Below, one piece after another: positions 25,965 through 33,954 of a DNA stretch of 64,000 bases. Below the pieces are notes generated by a model, which was not told the origin of the DNA, made no database searches, and was given only the letters and a program-made list of their open reading frames with translations. The DNA is from Candidatus Aenigmatarchaeota archaeon (lineage in GTDB: Archaea > Aenigmatarchaeota > Aenigmatarchaeia > GW2011-AR5 > JACRAC01). Where the stretch lies: contig JACPJV010000039.1 in assembly GCA_016187395.1 (NCBI GenBank), positions 5,663 through 69,662 of the forward strand. Direction: 5' to 3'. The position numbers and the translations under genes are program-made. The stretch's first letter is position 1. Every line of letters begins with the position of its first letter.

Positions 25965-27351
25965 GCTTCATCGCCTTCTCCAGATCTTTCAGGTCAAAGC
26001 AATATGCTTTCTTCCCTTCGACTTTTGTTATTCTCTTTCTGAATGACTTTGCAAAAACAGCATAGATTTCTTTTCTCCTGTCGTTGTGCCATTTTACATA
26101 TTTGGCTTTCTCGCTCAGCATGGAAGCAATTTTTTCAGCGTTTACACCGTCCTTCCACTTGCATTCGCAGAACAAGATTTTCATTTTGTTTTCATCAAGC
26201 GCTACTATGTCTATTTCCCTGTCCTTGTGCCACCATCTGCCAATTTTTGTGGTTTCCATGATATTGAGCCTGGGTACCAATGACGCGACGAATGATTCGA
26301 ATTTTCTGCCTACATATTCCCCGCTCCTTTTCTTTATTTCATCCAGAACGGCATCAACATCCCCTCTTTCCAGCTGTTGTTTATTGAGGTATACAAATCT
26401 GAGCCAGAAATCAAAAAAATTATCCTTTAAAGCATATGAACCTCTCGCCTTTAGCTTGCTTTTATAGCTCTCGGTGATTATTTTTCTTTTTTCCAGAATC
26501 CCGAGTTTTTCCAGAATGAAAAGATATTTTGAAAGAAGGCTTTTGTCCAATTGCGTTTTTGAATGAATTTCGCCGGATGTCGCAGCCCCACCGGCGATGG
26601 CGGAAATTATTGACATATAATTCGACGGGTCTCTCAGCTCTTCTCTCAGAAGAATTTCCACCTCCTCGTATAAAAATTCGCCTTTGCTTAGAATCCTTTC
26701 CCTTACATTTTTCCACAGGCCGATTTTCGGAGAAAACTTTACCAGGTAACCTGGAATCATATCAAGAAAGGAATATACGAAAACCAGTTCTTCCATGGCG
26801 TATCCGGGGAAAAATTCCTTCAGATAGGTCACGTCCAGCTTATCGACCTGCCACTGGCCGGTTCTCCTGCCGTACAGAGGGCTTCTGTAGCTCAGGGCAT
26901 ATTTTTCCATCATACTGACTGACGAGCCTGACAGTATCATCATGAGTTTCGTGCCTTTGAAAGCCGAATCCCATTTGTCCTGCAGAACTGATATTATTTC
27001 CGGTGATCTCTCAATCAGGAAAGGAAACTCGTCAAAAATCAGCACAAGCCTCGATGCCGCCTTTTCAGCGAGGTAATCGAATATGCCATCCCAGCTCAGC
27101 AAAGGGGAGGTAAGAAGCCTCGCGTCCCCGAAAAATTCTACCAGCAGGTTATTAAACCTTCGCAGCGTGTCAGATTTTGATTCTAAACGTCCCAGAAAAT
27201 ACAGCATATTCTTGCCTTCAGAAAAATGCATAAGCAACTCTGTCTTCCCTATCCTCCGCCGCCCGTAAAGTATGACAAGTTCCGCCTTTCCGGAGCGGTA
27301 TTTCCTATTCAGGAAATTTAGTTCGTCGTCTCTATCAAAAAAATGCATCAT
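25960..27351 (-). CDS. archaeal AAA+ ATPase with C-terminal DUF234/PD-(D/E)xK-like domain
   Basis: Walker A GRRRIGKT. Start moved to ATG 27351 (MMHFFDRDDE) by alignment with the paralog at 18984-20402 and by TATA spacing. The C-terminal about 95 aa are nearly identical to that paralog. Confidence 0.85.
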   Translation of the reverse strand: MMHFFDRDDELNFLNRKYRSGKAELVILYGRRRIGKTELLMHFSEGKNMLYFLGRLESKSDTLRRFNNLLVEFFGDARLLTSPLLSWDGIFDYLAEKAASRLVLIFDEFPFLIERSPEIISVLQDKWDSAFKGTKLMMILSGSSVSMMEKYALSYRSPLYGRRTGQWQVDKLDVTYLKEFFPGYAMEELVFVYSFLDMIPGYLVKFSPKIGLWKNVRERILSKGEFLYEEVEILLREELRDPSNYMSIISAIAGGAATSGEIHSKTQLDKSLLSKYLFILEKLGILEKRKIITESYKSKLKARGSYALKDNFFDFWLRFVYLNKQQLERGDVDAVLDEIKKRSGEYVGRKFESFVASLVPRLNIMETTKIGRWWHKDREIDIVALDENKMKILFCECKWKDGVNAEKIASMLSEKAKYVKWHNDRRKEIYAVFAKSFRKRITKVEGKKAYCFDLKDLEKAMKL

Positions 27352-27373
27352 GAGTATATACTTATACTTCAAC

Positions 27374-27381
27374 TATTTAAA
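27374..27381 (-). promoter_or_regulatory. TATA box (TTTAAATA on minus strand)
   Basis: Lies 23 nt upstream of ATG 27351. The surrounding sequence TCAACTATTTAAAG is shared with 20421-20434. Confidence 0.5.
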
Positions 27382-27395
27382 GTTTTGCTTGGAGG

Positions 27396-27540
27396 CGCAT
27401 CCGCAGACAGAAGATTCAACCCGGCGCGCGCAAACACGACAAGCGGGCTGAGCTATACTGACGCCGGCGTCGCCGCCGACGGCAACGAGCTTGTGCTTTA
27501 TTCTGTTAGGGGCAGGAACTGCAACGGGGAAGGGAATTAG
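27396..27540 (+). repeat. junction repeat J (145 nt)
   Basis: Reads ASADRRFNPARANTTSGLSYTDAGVAADGNELVLYSVRGRNCNGEGN*. Its stop overlaps the stop of the convergent ATPase gene. Confidence 0.85.
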
Positions 27541-28784
27541 GCAGCAAGCAACCATTTCCACAGAGGCATGAACTTCACCTTGGCTTTTATTCCGAACCAC
27601 TTTACCTGTTTTTGCGCTTCATAGTCCTCTGTTATGATAACCAGATTTCTGCATTTGAGTTCTTTCCCCGCTTTTACAAGCGCCCTGACTTCCCTGTTCC
27701 TCGTCTTTATATCGCTGACGTCGCAGCAGACCTGAATCAGCTGCTTTACCTTGATACCTTTCTTTACAACAAAGTCGACTTCCTCCTGCTGCGGATTTTT
27801 CCAGTAATAAATCCTTGCAATGCCGTTCATTTCACGCTTTTTGAGCTCGATTGCAACGGCATTTTCATACAGCCTTCCCGTATCAGGGCTCAGCCTGAAA
27901 GCTTTTGCATAGACAAATCCGTTGTCGATGCAGTATATTTTCTTGCTGAAAGCTATCTGCTCTTTTACCTTTGGTGAAAATCTTTCTATCCTGAAGAAAA
28001 TAAAGGCTTCTTCCAGATAGTTCAGGTACCTCTCCACTGTATGAACGCTTTTGCATTTCGCGATTTTGCTCAGCGTGTTGTAGGAAAACTCCCTTGCTAT
28101 ATTGGAAACAAGATAAGCGGCAAGGTCCTCAATAGCGCGTACAGACCTTATCCTGTATCTTTTCACTATGTCTTTAAAGATTATGGAGCTGAACAGGGTT
28201 GAGAGATAATCCATGTGATCCAGTTTTTTAACCAGAGGTTCCGGATAGCCGCCGTGAGTAATGTAAAAAACCAACCTTTCCTTTATTTCGCTTTTCGTCA
28301 ATTCCCTGTTCTCAAGCATGAGAAATTCCTGAAAAGAAAACGGGAAGATGTTTATAAGGGTGTGCCTGCCAGTCAGATGCGTCGCCATCTCCCTGCTGAG
28401 CAGCTTTGAATTGCTCCCGGTAATAACAAGATTGTACCCCTGCCTCTGCAGCCTGTTTGCAAACAGTTCCCACTTGTCTATATTCTGAATCTCATCGAGC
28501 AGAAGGCATTTCGGAGCCTTATATATAGAGTTTAGCGCATCGATTATTTCATCATAATTTTTCACTTCCACAAGTTTTTCGTCATCAAAATTGGCGTACC
28601 CAAAAACTCCAAATCTGTTCAGTGCATGGGTGGCAAAAAATGATTTACCTGACCTTCTCGGTCCTATAATCACCTTTATCATAGTGCTGTCCAAGTTTTT
28701 GATATTCACGTTTCTTTCTACATAGCTTTCTTGCAGCTTTTTTTCAAGCTCCCTTTTCTGAATAAGCAGTATATCCCTCAGCAT
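27537..28784 (-). CDS. AAA+ ATPase, AAA_14/DUF4143 type (COG1373-like)
   Basis: Walker A GPRRSGKS and Walker B LLLDEIQ. C-terminal EEVDFVV...LIQVCC. Shares the C-terminal PLWKWLLAA with 23318-24616. Confidence 0.85.
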   Translation of the reverse strand: MLRDILLIQKRELEKKLQESYVERNVNIKNLDSTMIKVIIGPRRSGKSFFATHALNRFGVFGYANFDDEKLVEVKNYDEIIDALNSIYKAPKCLLLDEIQNIDKWELFANRLQRQGYNLVITGSNSKLLSREMATHLTGRHTLINIFPFSFQEFLMLENRELTKSEIKERLVFYITHGGYPEPLVKKLDHMDYLSTLFSSIIFKDIVKRYRIRSVRAIEDLAAYLVSNIAREFSYNTLSKIAKCKSVHTVERYLNYLEEAFIFFRIERFSPKVKEQIAFSKKIYCIDNGFVYAKAFRLSPDTGRLYENAVAIELKKREMNGIARIYYWKNPQQEEVDFVVKKGIKVKQLIQVCCDVSDIKTRNREVRALVKAGKELKCRNLVIITEDYEAQKQVKWFGIKAKVKFMPLWKWLLAA

Positions 28785-28845
28785 GGTTTATCATAGTGCA
28801 CAAAAGTATATAAATTTATGCATTATGAATCTTATGCATCAGCAG

Positions 28846-28979
28846 ACAGGAGCTTCAACCCGGCACGTGTAAATACGACAAGCGGACTTACTTATACTGA
28901 TGCTGTTGTCGTAGCCGACGGCAACGAGCTTGTGCTTTATTCTATCCGCGGCAGGAACCGCAACGGGGAGGGGCGGTGA
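28846..28979 (+). repeat. junction repeat J (134 nt)
   Basis: Reads ASADRSFNPARVNTTSGLTYTDAVVVADGNELVLYSIRGRNRNGEGR*. Confidence 0.85.
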
Positions 28980-28983
28980 GGAT

Positions 28984-29080
28984 TATAGTCATGCAAGAAA
29001 GAAATTAGTATTATATTTTCTTGCTGACTATATGTGAACCAAATAGTATAATATCCTGATTATTTATTTGGTTCACTATA
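28984..29080. repeat. family F1 hairpin modules (two)
   Basis: TATAGTCATGCAAGAAA...TTTCTTGCTGACTATA, followed by TGTGAACCAAATA...TATTTGGTTCACTATA. Confidence 0.8.
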
Positions 29081-29112
29081 AGACAGATGTCTTGAAATTA
29101 GCGAAGCAAAGG

Positions 29113-29142
29113 TATATAAACTTGAGTTGATATATATCAACT
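29113..29142 (+). promoter_or_regulatory. TATA box plus 18-bp perfect palindrome (candidate operator)
   Basis: TATATAAA at 29113-29120. AGTTGATATATATCAACT at 29125-29142, between the TATA box and the ATG at 29152. Confidence 0.5.
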
Positions 29143-29151
29143 GTGGTTTAG

Positions 29152-29691
29152 ATGTATAAACTGAAGTTGACAATATTGCAGCAGGAAATACTGCGTTTTC
29201 TCTTCATGAATGCCGGGAAATCGTTTAATGCGCGGGCCGTAGCAATCGGCCTTGAGGTTAGCCAAACAGCCGTCGCAAAAGCACTGCCAACACTGGAAAA
29301 ACAGGGGTTTTTGCATGTTACGAAGGACAAGAAATCAAAAAGAACGTCGATTGAATTAAACAGGGAAAACCACGCTGTCATAGGCATGAAAAGAGCTGAC
29401 AACCTCAGGCAGATATACGAATCAGGGCTTGATGAGTTTCTACGGGAAAGATTTCCGGGCTGCACTATTATCCTATTTGGCAGCTTCGCCAAAGGAGAGG
29501 ATACGTACTTATCTGACATTGACATCGCTATAATCGGTGCCAAAGGCAAATCTCTTGACATGAGCAGTTTCGAAAAATCGCTTGCTAAAGAGATAAGGAT
29601 TAGTTTCTATGAGTCTTTCAGAAAAATAGGCGATGAGCTCAGGAATAATATTATTGGAGGGATTCTCTTATCAGGGTGGATTGAATTATGA
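29152..29691 (+). CDS. wHTH-fused minimal nucleotidyltransferase (MNT)
   Basis: N-terminal wHTH-like segment, then the NTase motif GSFAKGEDTYLSDIDIAI (G-S...D-x-D). Overlaps the downstream HEPN gene by 4 nt. Confidence 0.8.
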   Translation: MYKLKLTILQQEILRFLFMNAGKSFNARAVAIGLEVSQTAVAKALPTLEKQGFLHVTKDKKSKRTSIELNRENHAVIGMKRADNLRQIYESGLDEFLRERFPGCTIILFGSFAKGEDTYLSDIDIAIIGAKGKSLDMSSFEKSLAKEIRISFYESFRKIGDELRNNIIGGILLSGWIEL

Positions 29692-30137
29692 TGCCTCTCA
29701 AAACATTCCGCGAATATCTGGCTGAAGGCACTGCAAGGAGACAGTCCCCTGACAAACTCAGGGCCAGATCGCTTATTGCCGGATCTGAGGACTCCTATAA
29801 AGTCCTTCTTTCATTTGCCGAAAAGATGGGTCTGGACGACAGCAATGCGAACCACATCATCAAGAATGCTTACGACATAATCATGGAGCTTATACGGGCA
29901 AAGATGTTTTCAGACGGATTTGCCACGACAGGAAAGGGCGCGCATGAAGCTGAAGTTTCGTACATGGCTGAAATAGGCTTTAGCGGCAGGGATGTGGAAT
30001 TTGCAAACGACGTGCGCTATTTCAGAAATGGAATCATGTACTATGGGAAAAGGTTTGACAAAGAATATGCGGAAAAGGTTCTGGGATTTTTAAAAATGAT
30101 TTATCCTGCGCTGAAGAAAATGTGCGAGCAAAAATGA
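29688..30137 (+). CDS. HEPN-domain protein (partner of MNT)
   Basis: All-helical 149 aa. ATGA overlap with the MNT gene. The motif region reads DVRYFRNGIMYYG. Confidence 0.7.
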   Translation: MMPLKTFREYLAEGTARRQSPDKLRARSLIAGSEDSYKVLLSFAEKMGLDDSNANHIIKNAYDIIMELIRAKMFSDGFATTGKGAHEAEVSYMAEIGFSGRDVEFANDVRYFRNGIMYYGKRFDKEYAEKVLGFLKMIYPALKKMCEQK

Positions 30138-30230
30138 AAGAGGCAGGGAGGTGAATGGACTGACGAGTAATTAATATCAATATTTTCTCTCGTCAGTCAA
30201 TCTGCATCCTGCAGCTGGAAGGGGCGTTAG
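30138..30230 (+). repeat. junction repeat J (short) carrying hairpin element E
   Basis: AAAGAGGCAG, then the E insert (30147-30215, GGAGGTGAATGGACTGACGAG...CTCGTCAGTCAATCTGC), then GGAAGGGGCGTTAG. Its stop overlaps the HxlR gene stop. Confidence 0.7.
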
Positions 30231-30571
30231 AAGAGAGGGCACGCGGTGCATCTGCGGGTTTTGCAACCAAGATTCTCGTAATATGAAGTCCATTCTTTTA
30301 GTGCGTCAAGGATTTTTAGGAATTCCGTTCCTCTTTCCGTCAGATAATACTCTGAATTTTTGCTGCCGGGCTTTCTTGTCCTTTTCAGGATCCCTTCGTT
30401 TTCCATGTCCCTTAGTTTTTTTGAAAGTACTTTCGGACTTATCCTGCATGTGCGCTTTAGCGTGTTGAATCTAGAACCTTTGCTTAAATGAATCTCCTGT
30501 ATGATTCCAAGGCTTCGTTTGCTGCCTGCGATTCTGGCGGCACGAAAGACCGGGCACGTGAGATTTTTCAT
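30227..30571 (-). CDS. HxlR-family winged-helix transcriptional regulator
   Basis: CPV...I-GSKRSL-II-----G--RFN-L------IS-KVLS-KLRDME-EGIL-R pattern over 114 aa. Confidence 0.85.
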   Translation of the reverse strand: MKNLTCPVFRAARIAGSKRSLGIIQEIHLSKGSRFNTLKRTCRISPKVLSKKLRDMENEGILKRTRKPGSKNSEYYLTERGTEFLKILDALKEWTSYYENLGCKTRRCTACPLF

Positions 30572-30715
30572 TGCCTTAATTTTGATTGCAAAGCTTTAAT
30601 GTGAAACAAGGAATATGGCTAATTTCTACTGGGCCAACATTATCGAGTTTCGGTATCTTTTTGGTAACTACATTCGAACCGAAATCTTTATTTGCCGCTA
30701 TTTCTTAGTCTAAGC

Positions 30716-31390
30716 ATGATTCCGCTATTAGCTATGGGTAGGCATATTAACACAAAGCCTCACATAAGTTCTTACATTCTGGGAGCAGCTGTTCTGGTTA
30801 TCTTTATATCAGCGCTTGGCATATTTGATTACGCTATAACTGGTTTTGCCACGGCGACGCAGAGCACGGGTTCTAACGTAACTATTTCAGGGTATATCGC
30901 CATAGCGCTTTCCACAAACTTGAGCAGGGGAATAGAATTCGGCACGATAACCCTGCTGCCGGCGAACCAGACGAATGCAACGGCAAGCTACCAGAACTAT
31001 ACAGGCGGGGGAGGGCCTGGCGGAGGGCTGAATTATACCCTGTACAACGCTTCTGTCTCAACAGACTCAAACCAGAACGTGGACTTCTGCGTAAAAGGCA
31101 GCGGGCCTTTTGCGACCTCAGGAGGCGCCAATTCGTTCGCGCTGGCAAACCTGACGTGGTACGACAACAAAACAATAAACAACGACACGCACCCGCCAGG
31201 CGGGCCTTTCAGGGGCTTTTTCGGAATATCTGCGACTACGAGCTATGTGAAGGGAGAAGTTGCTGTCAGCGCAGGCAATGAGAACAACTACAGGTTCTGG
31301 CTCAACGTAAGCGGAGGGCAGGCAGCAGGCGATTACAATACAACAATATCGTTCCGCGGCACTACTGCCGGAGACGCGTGCGGGTCGTAA
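30716..31390 (+). CDS. secreted pilin-like glycoprotein A1
   Basis: N-terminal hydrophobic segment. Blocks ITGFATATQST, IALSTNLSRGIEFGTITLLPANQTNATA and YRFWLNVSGGQAAGDYNTTISFR. Conserved C-terminal GDACGS. Paralog of 32133-32798. Confidence 0.75.
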   Translation: MIPLLAMGRHINTKPHISSYILGAAVLVIFISALGIFDYAITGFATATQSTGSNVTISGYIAIALSTNLSRGIEFGTITLLPANQTNATASYQNYTGGGGPGGGLNYTLYNASVSTDSNQNVDFCVKGSGPFATSGGANSFALANLTWYDNKTINNDTHPPGGPFRGFFGISATTSYVKGEVAVSAGNENNYRFWLNVSGGQAAGDYNTTISFRGTTAGDACGS

Positions 31391-31403
31391 AACAAATAGA
31401 AAT

Positions 31404-32090
31404 ATGAGGCGTCTTAGAGGTGGATGGATGAAAGCAAATAGGGGAAAATGTGCGGATTCAAGTCACTCTTTATTGCTACTGCTTCTGATGTTTTTAATTA
31501 TTACAGTGTTTAATTCTTTTCCAGCATACGCTGAAAGAGGCGTGGGCATAAAATGGTACACTGAAGCGGAGATTATGAAGGAAGAAACAACAAGGTGCCT
31601 GAACTACGGAATATACAGTCCGTGGAGCGAGTACGTGAACGCCATTTTAAGGGCTTCTGATGAATTCTCTCCTGTTGTCGCAGAACAGACAAGCGAGCCG
31701 GTTTTTGTGGCGGCAGGCACTTCCAGCTCAGACGCGCTTCATTCTGACCTGTGTTTTAAAATGGGGGATGTTTACGATGAGAACTGCCTTCTCGGGCCTT
31801 TGCTGTGCGAAAGGACGTGCCCTCAAGAGAGATTTGAATACGCAGGCCAGGTCATAGTCGAGGAGGCGCCGAGGGACGCAGAGCTGAGAGGGACCGGCTC
31901 GGGCACGACATTCGGCGTTGCAGCTCCGCTGAGGCTTATAGTAGACTGCCAGAATCTGCAAAGAGATTATACGCCGCTTTTGTTCGTAGGAGGGATCGTA
32001 GGAGGTGTGGCGACCGCTGTTGCAGTCAAAAGGCACCGCTCGCACGGGAAGAAAGGCAGGAAGAAATATCACTTTGTGATTAAGATATAA
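31404..32090 (+). CDS. signal-peptide protein B1 with C-terminal TM and basic tail
   Basis: Blocks GVGIKWYTE, YGIYSPW, YAGQVIVEEAP and VAAPLRLIVDC. C-terminus is TPLLFVGGIVGGVATAVAV plus KRHRSHGKKGRKK. Paralog of 32826-33521. Confidence 0.75.
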   Translation: MRRLRGGWMKANRGKCADSSHSLLLLLLMFLIITVFNSFPAYAERGVGIKWYTEAEIMKEETTRCLNYGIYSPWSEYVNAILRASDEFSPVVAEQTSEPVFVAAGTSSSDALHSDLCFKMGDVYDENCLLGPLLCERTCPQERFEYAGQVIVEEAPRDAELRGTGSGTTFGVAAPLRLIVDCQNLQRDYTPLLFVGGIVGGVATAVAVKRHRSHGKKGRKKYHFVIKI

Positions 32091-32132
32091 CTCTCGCAAT
32101 CTTTATTTACAGAATAAAACCAGTATTCACAC

Positions 32133-32798
32133 ATGACCTCACCGGCTATGGACAGAAACGCATCCGCAAAACCACATGTAAGAATTTACGCGATGGGTGT
32201 ATCGGTCATGCTGATCATGGTATCCGCAATTGGCGTATTGAACTACACAATAACAGGGTTTGCGAGCGCAACGCAAAGCACGAATACGAATGTCACGATA
32301 GCAGCTGCCATATCCATAGCGCTGTCCACAAACTTGAGCAAGGGAATAGAATTCGGCACGATAACCCTGCTGCCGGCAAACCAGACGAATGCAACGGCAA
32401 ACTACGCAAACACAACCGGAGGCGGGGGGCCGGGCGACCTGAACATCACGCTGTATAACGTTACGCTGTCCAGCGATTCGACTGAGAATGCGGACTTCTG
32501 CGTAAGGGCAAACGGCGATATGTGCACGTCAGCCTGCTCAAGCCGCATAGGAATCGCAAATATAACATGGGCAGCTAACACGACAAACAATCTCACTCAT
32601 CCGCCAACAGGCGTTTTCCGCGCGCTTTTTGGAAGAAGCATGGCAACGGGCTTTGACAAGGGAGATATCAACCTGGCCCCTGGAGGGGTGACTCACTACA
32701 GATTCTGGCTCAACGTCAGCGGCGCACAGGCGGCAGGAGATTACAACAACACCGTAGACTTCCGGGCTGTGTCTACAGGCGACGCGTGCGGCTCATAG
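32133..32798 (+). CDS. secreted pilin-like glycoprotein A2
   Basis: Colinear with A1 and has the same C-terminal GDACGS. Confidence 0.75.
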   Translation: MTSPAMDRNASAKPHVRIYAMGVSVMLIMVSAIGVLNYTITGFASATQSTNTNVTIAAAISIALSTNLSKGIEFGTITLLPANQTNATANYANTTGGGGPGDLNITLYNVTLSSDSTENADFCVRANGDMCTSACSSRIGIANITWAANTTNNLTHPPTGVFRALFGRSMATGFDKGDINLAPGGVTHYRFWLNVSGAQAAGDYNNTVDFRAVSTGDACGS

Positions 32799-32825
32799 AG
32801 AGGTGAATGCAAGAAAAGAAGATCG

Positions 32826-33521
32826 GTGATTAATGTGAAAATGATTGAAGAAAAGGAAATGAGAGGAATGAATAGAAAAGGGAATGCAGCCGTGCATGCC
32901 CTGTCAAAATCAGGCAGCCTGCTTGTTATTGCAGTTCTTGCATTCGCGTTCCTCATGCCTCCTGCCCATGCAGAAAAAGGTGTTGGCCTGAAATGGTTTA
33001 CAGAGAACGAGAATGTTGCAGAGGAGAGCATGCACTGCATAGACTATGGCATCTACAACCCATGGAATACCGACGTAAATGCTGTTCTGAAGGTTTCTGG
33101 TGAATTTTTGCAGGTTGCAGAGATGAAGAAAAGCGAACCTGTTTTCGTTAAGGCAGCCACTGCAAGCTCTGCTGCGCTGCCGTCCAGAATCTGCTTCAGA
33201 ATAGGCGACACCTATGAAGAAGAATGCCTGATAGGCAACTGGTTTTGCGACAGGACATGTCCAAAGGAGCAGCGTGAATATGCAGGGCAGGTCGTAGTCG
33301 AGGAAGCTCCGGAAGAAAGCACTGTGGGTGGCACAGGCGCCATGGTCACGTTCAGCGTTGCCGCGCCGCTGCGGCTTGTCGTGGAATGCAGGGATGAAAA
33401 ACGCGACTTAACGCCGCTTTATTATATTGGCGGCATCGCAACAGGTACGGTGATGTTCACGGTTGCGAAGAAATACGATCCTGAAAAAAAGCGGAGAAAG
33501 TCTCGTACCGTGATACAGTGA
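32826..33521 (+). CDS. signal-peptide protein B2 with C-terminal TM and basic tail (true start probably ATG 32841-32868)
   Basis: Colinear with B1. The track start is GTG. Confidence 0.7.
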   Translation: MINVKMIEEKEMRGMNRKGNAAVHALSKSGSLLVIAVLAFAFLMPPAHAEKGVGLKWFTENENVAEESMHCIDYGIYNPWNTDVNAVLKVSGEFLQVAEMKKSEPVFVKAATASSAALPSRICFRIGDTYEEECLIGNWFCDRTCPKEQREYAGQVVVEEAPEESTVGGTGAMVTFSVAAPLRLVVECRDEKRDLTPLYYIGGIATGTVMFTVAKKYDPEKKRRKSRTVIQ

Positions 33522-33540
33522 GCAGGGAAGTATCATACCC

Positions 33541-33915
33541 TGGTTTACAAGCAGGAACGAAGTTCCTGCTGTACATGGAAAACTGAAAGTTTTCCAGTAC
33601 TGATGAACCTTTGGTTCATCATGTACAGAATGAGCTTTGCTCATTCTTGTATTCCTTGCATCACTATGACATGCTTCTGATATGAACCACCGCATAAATG
33701 CGGTGGTTTCTTGAAGCATGGCATGCCAAAGAAGTTCGATATCTTATCCTCTGCTTATCTGTGAAGAACCGAAGGTTCTTCAAGACCTCAAAGAAGCTTT
33801 GCTTCTTTGCAGGAAAGCAGAGGTTTTAGAACTTCTTTGAGCATAAAGATATGATGCACAAAGAACTTCGTTCATTATAGTGAATCAATGAAATGACCCC
33901 GACAAGATTTCATTG
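33541..33915. repeat. composite hairpin repeat cluster (family F1, largest)
   Basis: Four tandem perfect hairpins, then ATTCCTTGCATCACTATG, further hairpins including the GCAGGAAAGCAGAGGTTTTAGA module, and a final TATAGTGAATCAATGAAAT...ATTTCATTG. Confidence 0.85.
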
Positions 33916-33954
33916 CCCTTCAAATTTATACCACCCTTTTCCTTAATATATTTC

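Noticed and set aside
18917-30230. Junction repeats J considered as classical integron attC sites
   Set aside because: An attC needs inverted core sites in the order RYYYAAC ... GTTRRRY that pair as a hairpin. J has GTTAGGG before GCAAC on both strands, so the order is reversed. Its conservation pattern is that of a coding sequence. The cassettes have their own promoters and mixed orientation, and no IntI-like gene is present. For these reasons it is described only as integron-like.
33600-33606. CTGATGA strings (33600-33606 and 8423-8429) considered as hammerhead ribozyme cores or box C elements
   Set aside because: In both cases the string is simply one arm of a perfect hairpin. No GAAA core with a three-way junction is present, and no properly spaced D box (CTGA) with guide regions was found.
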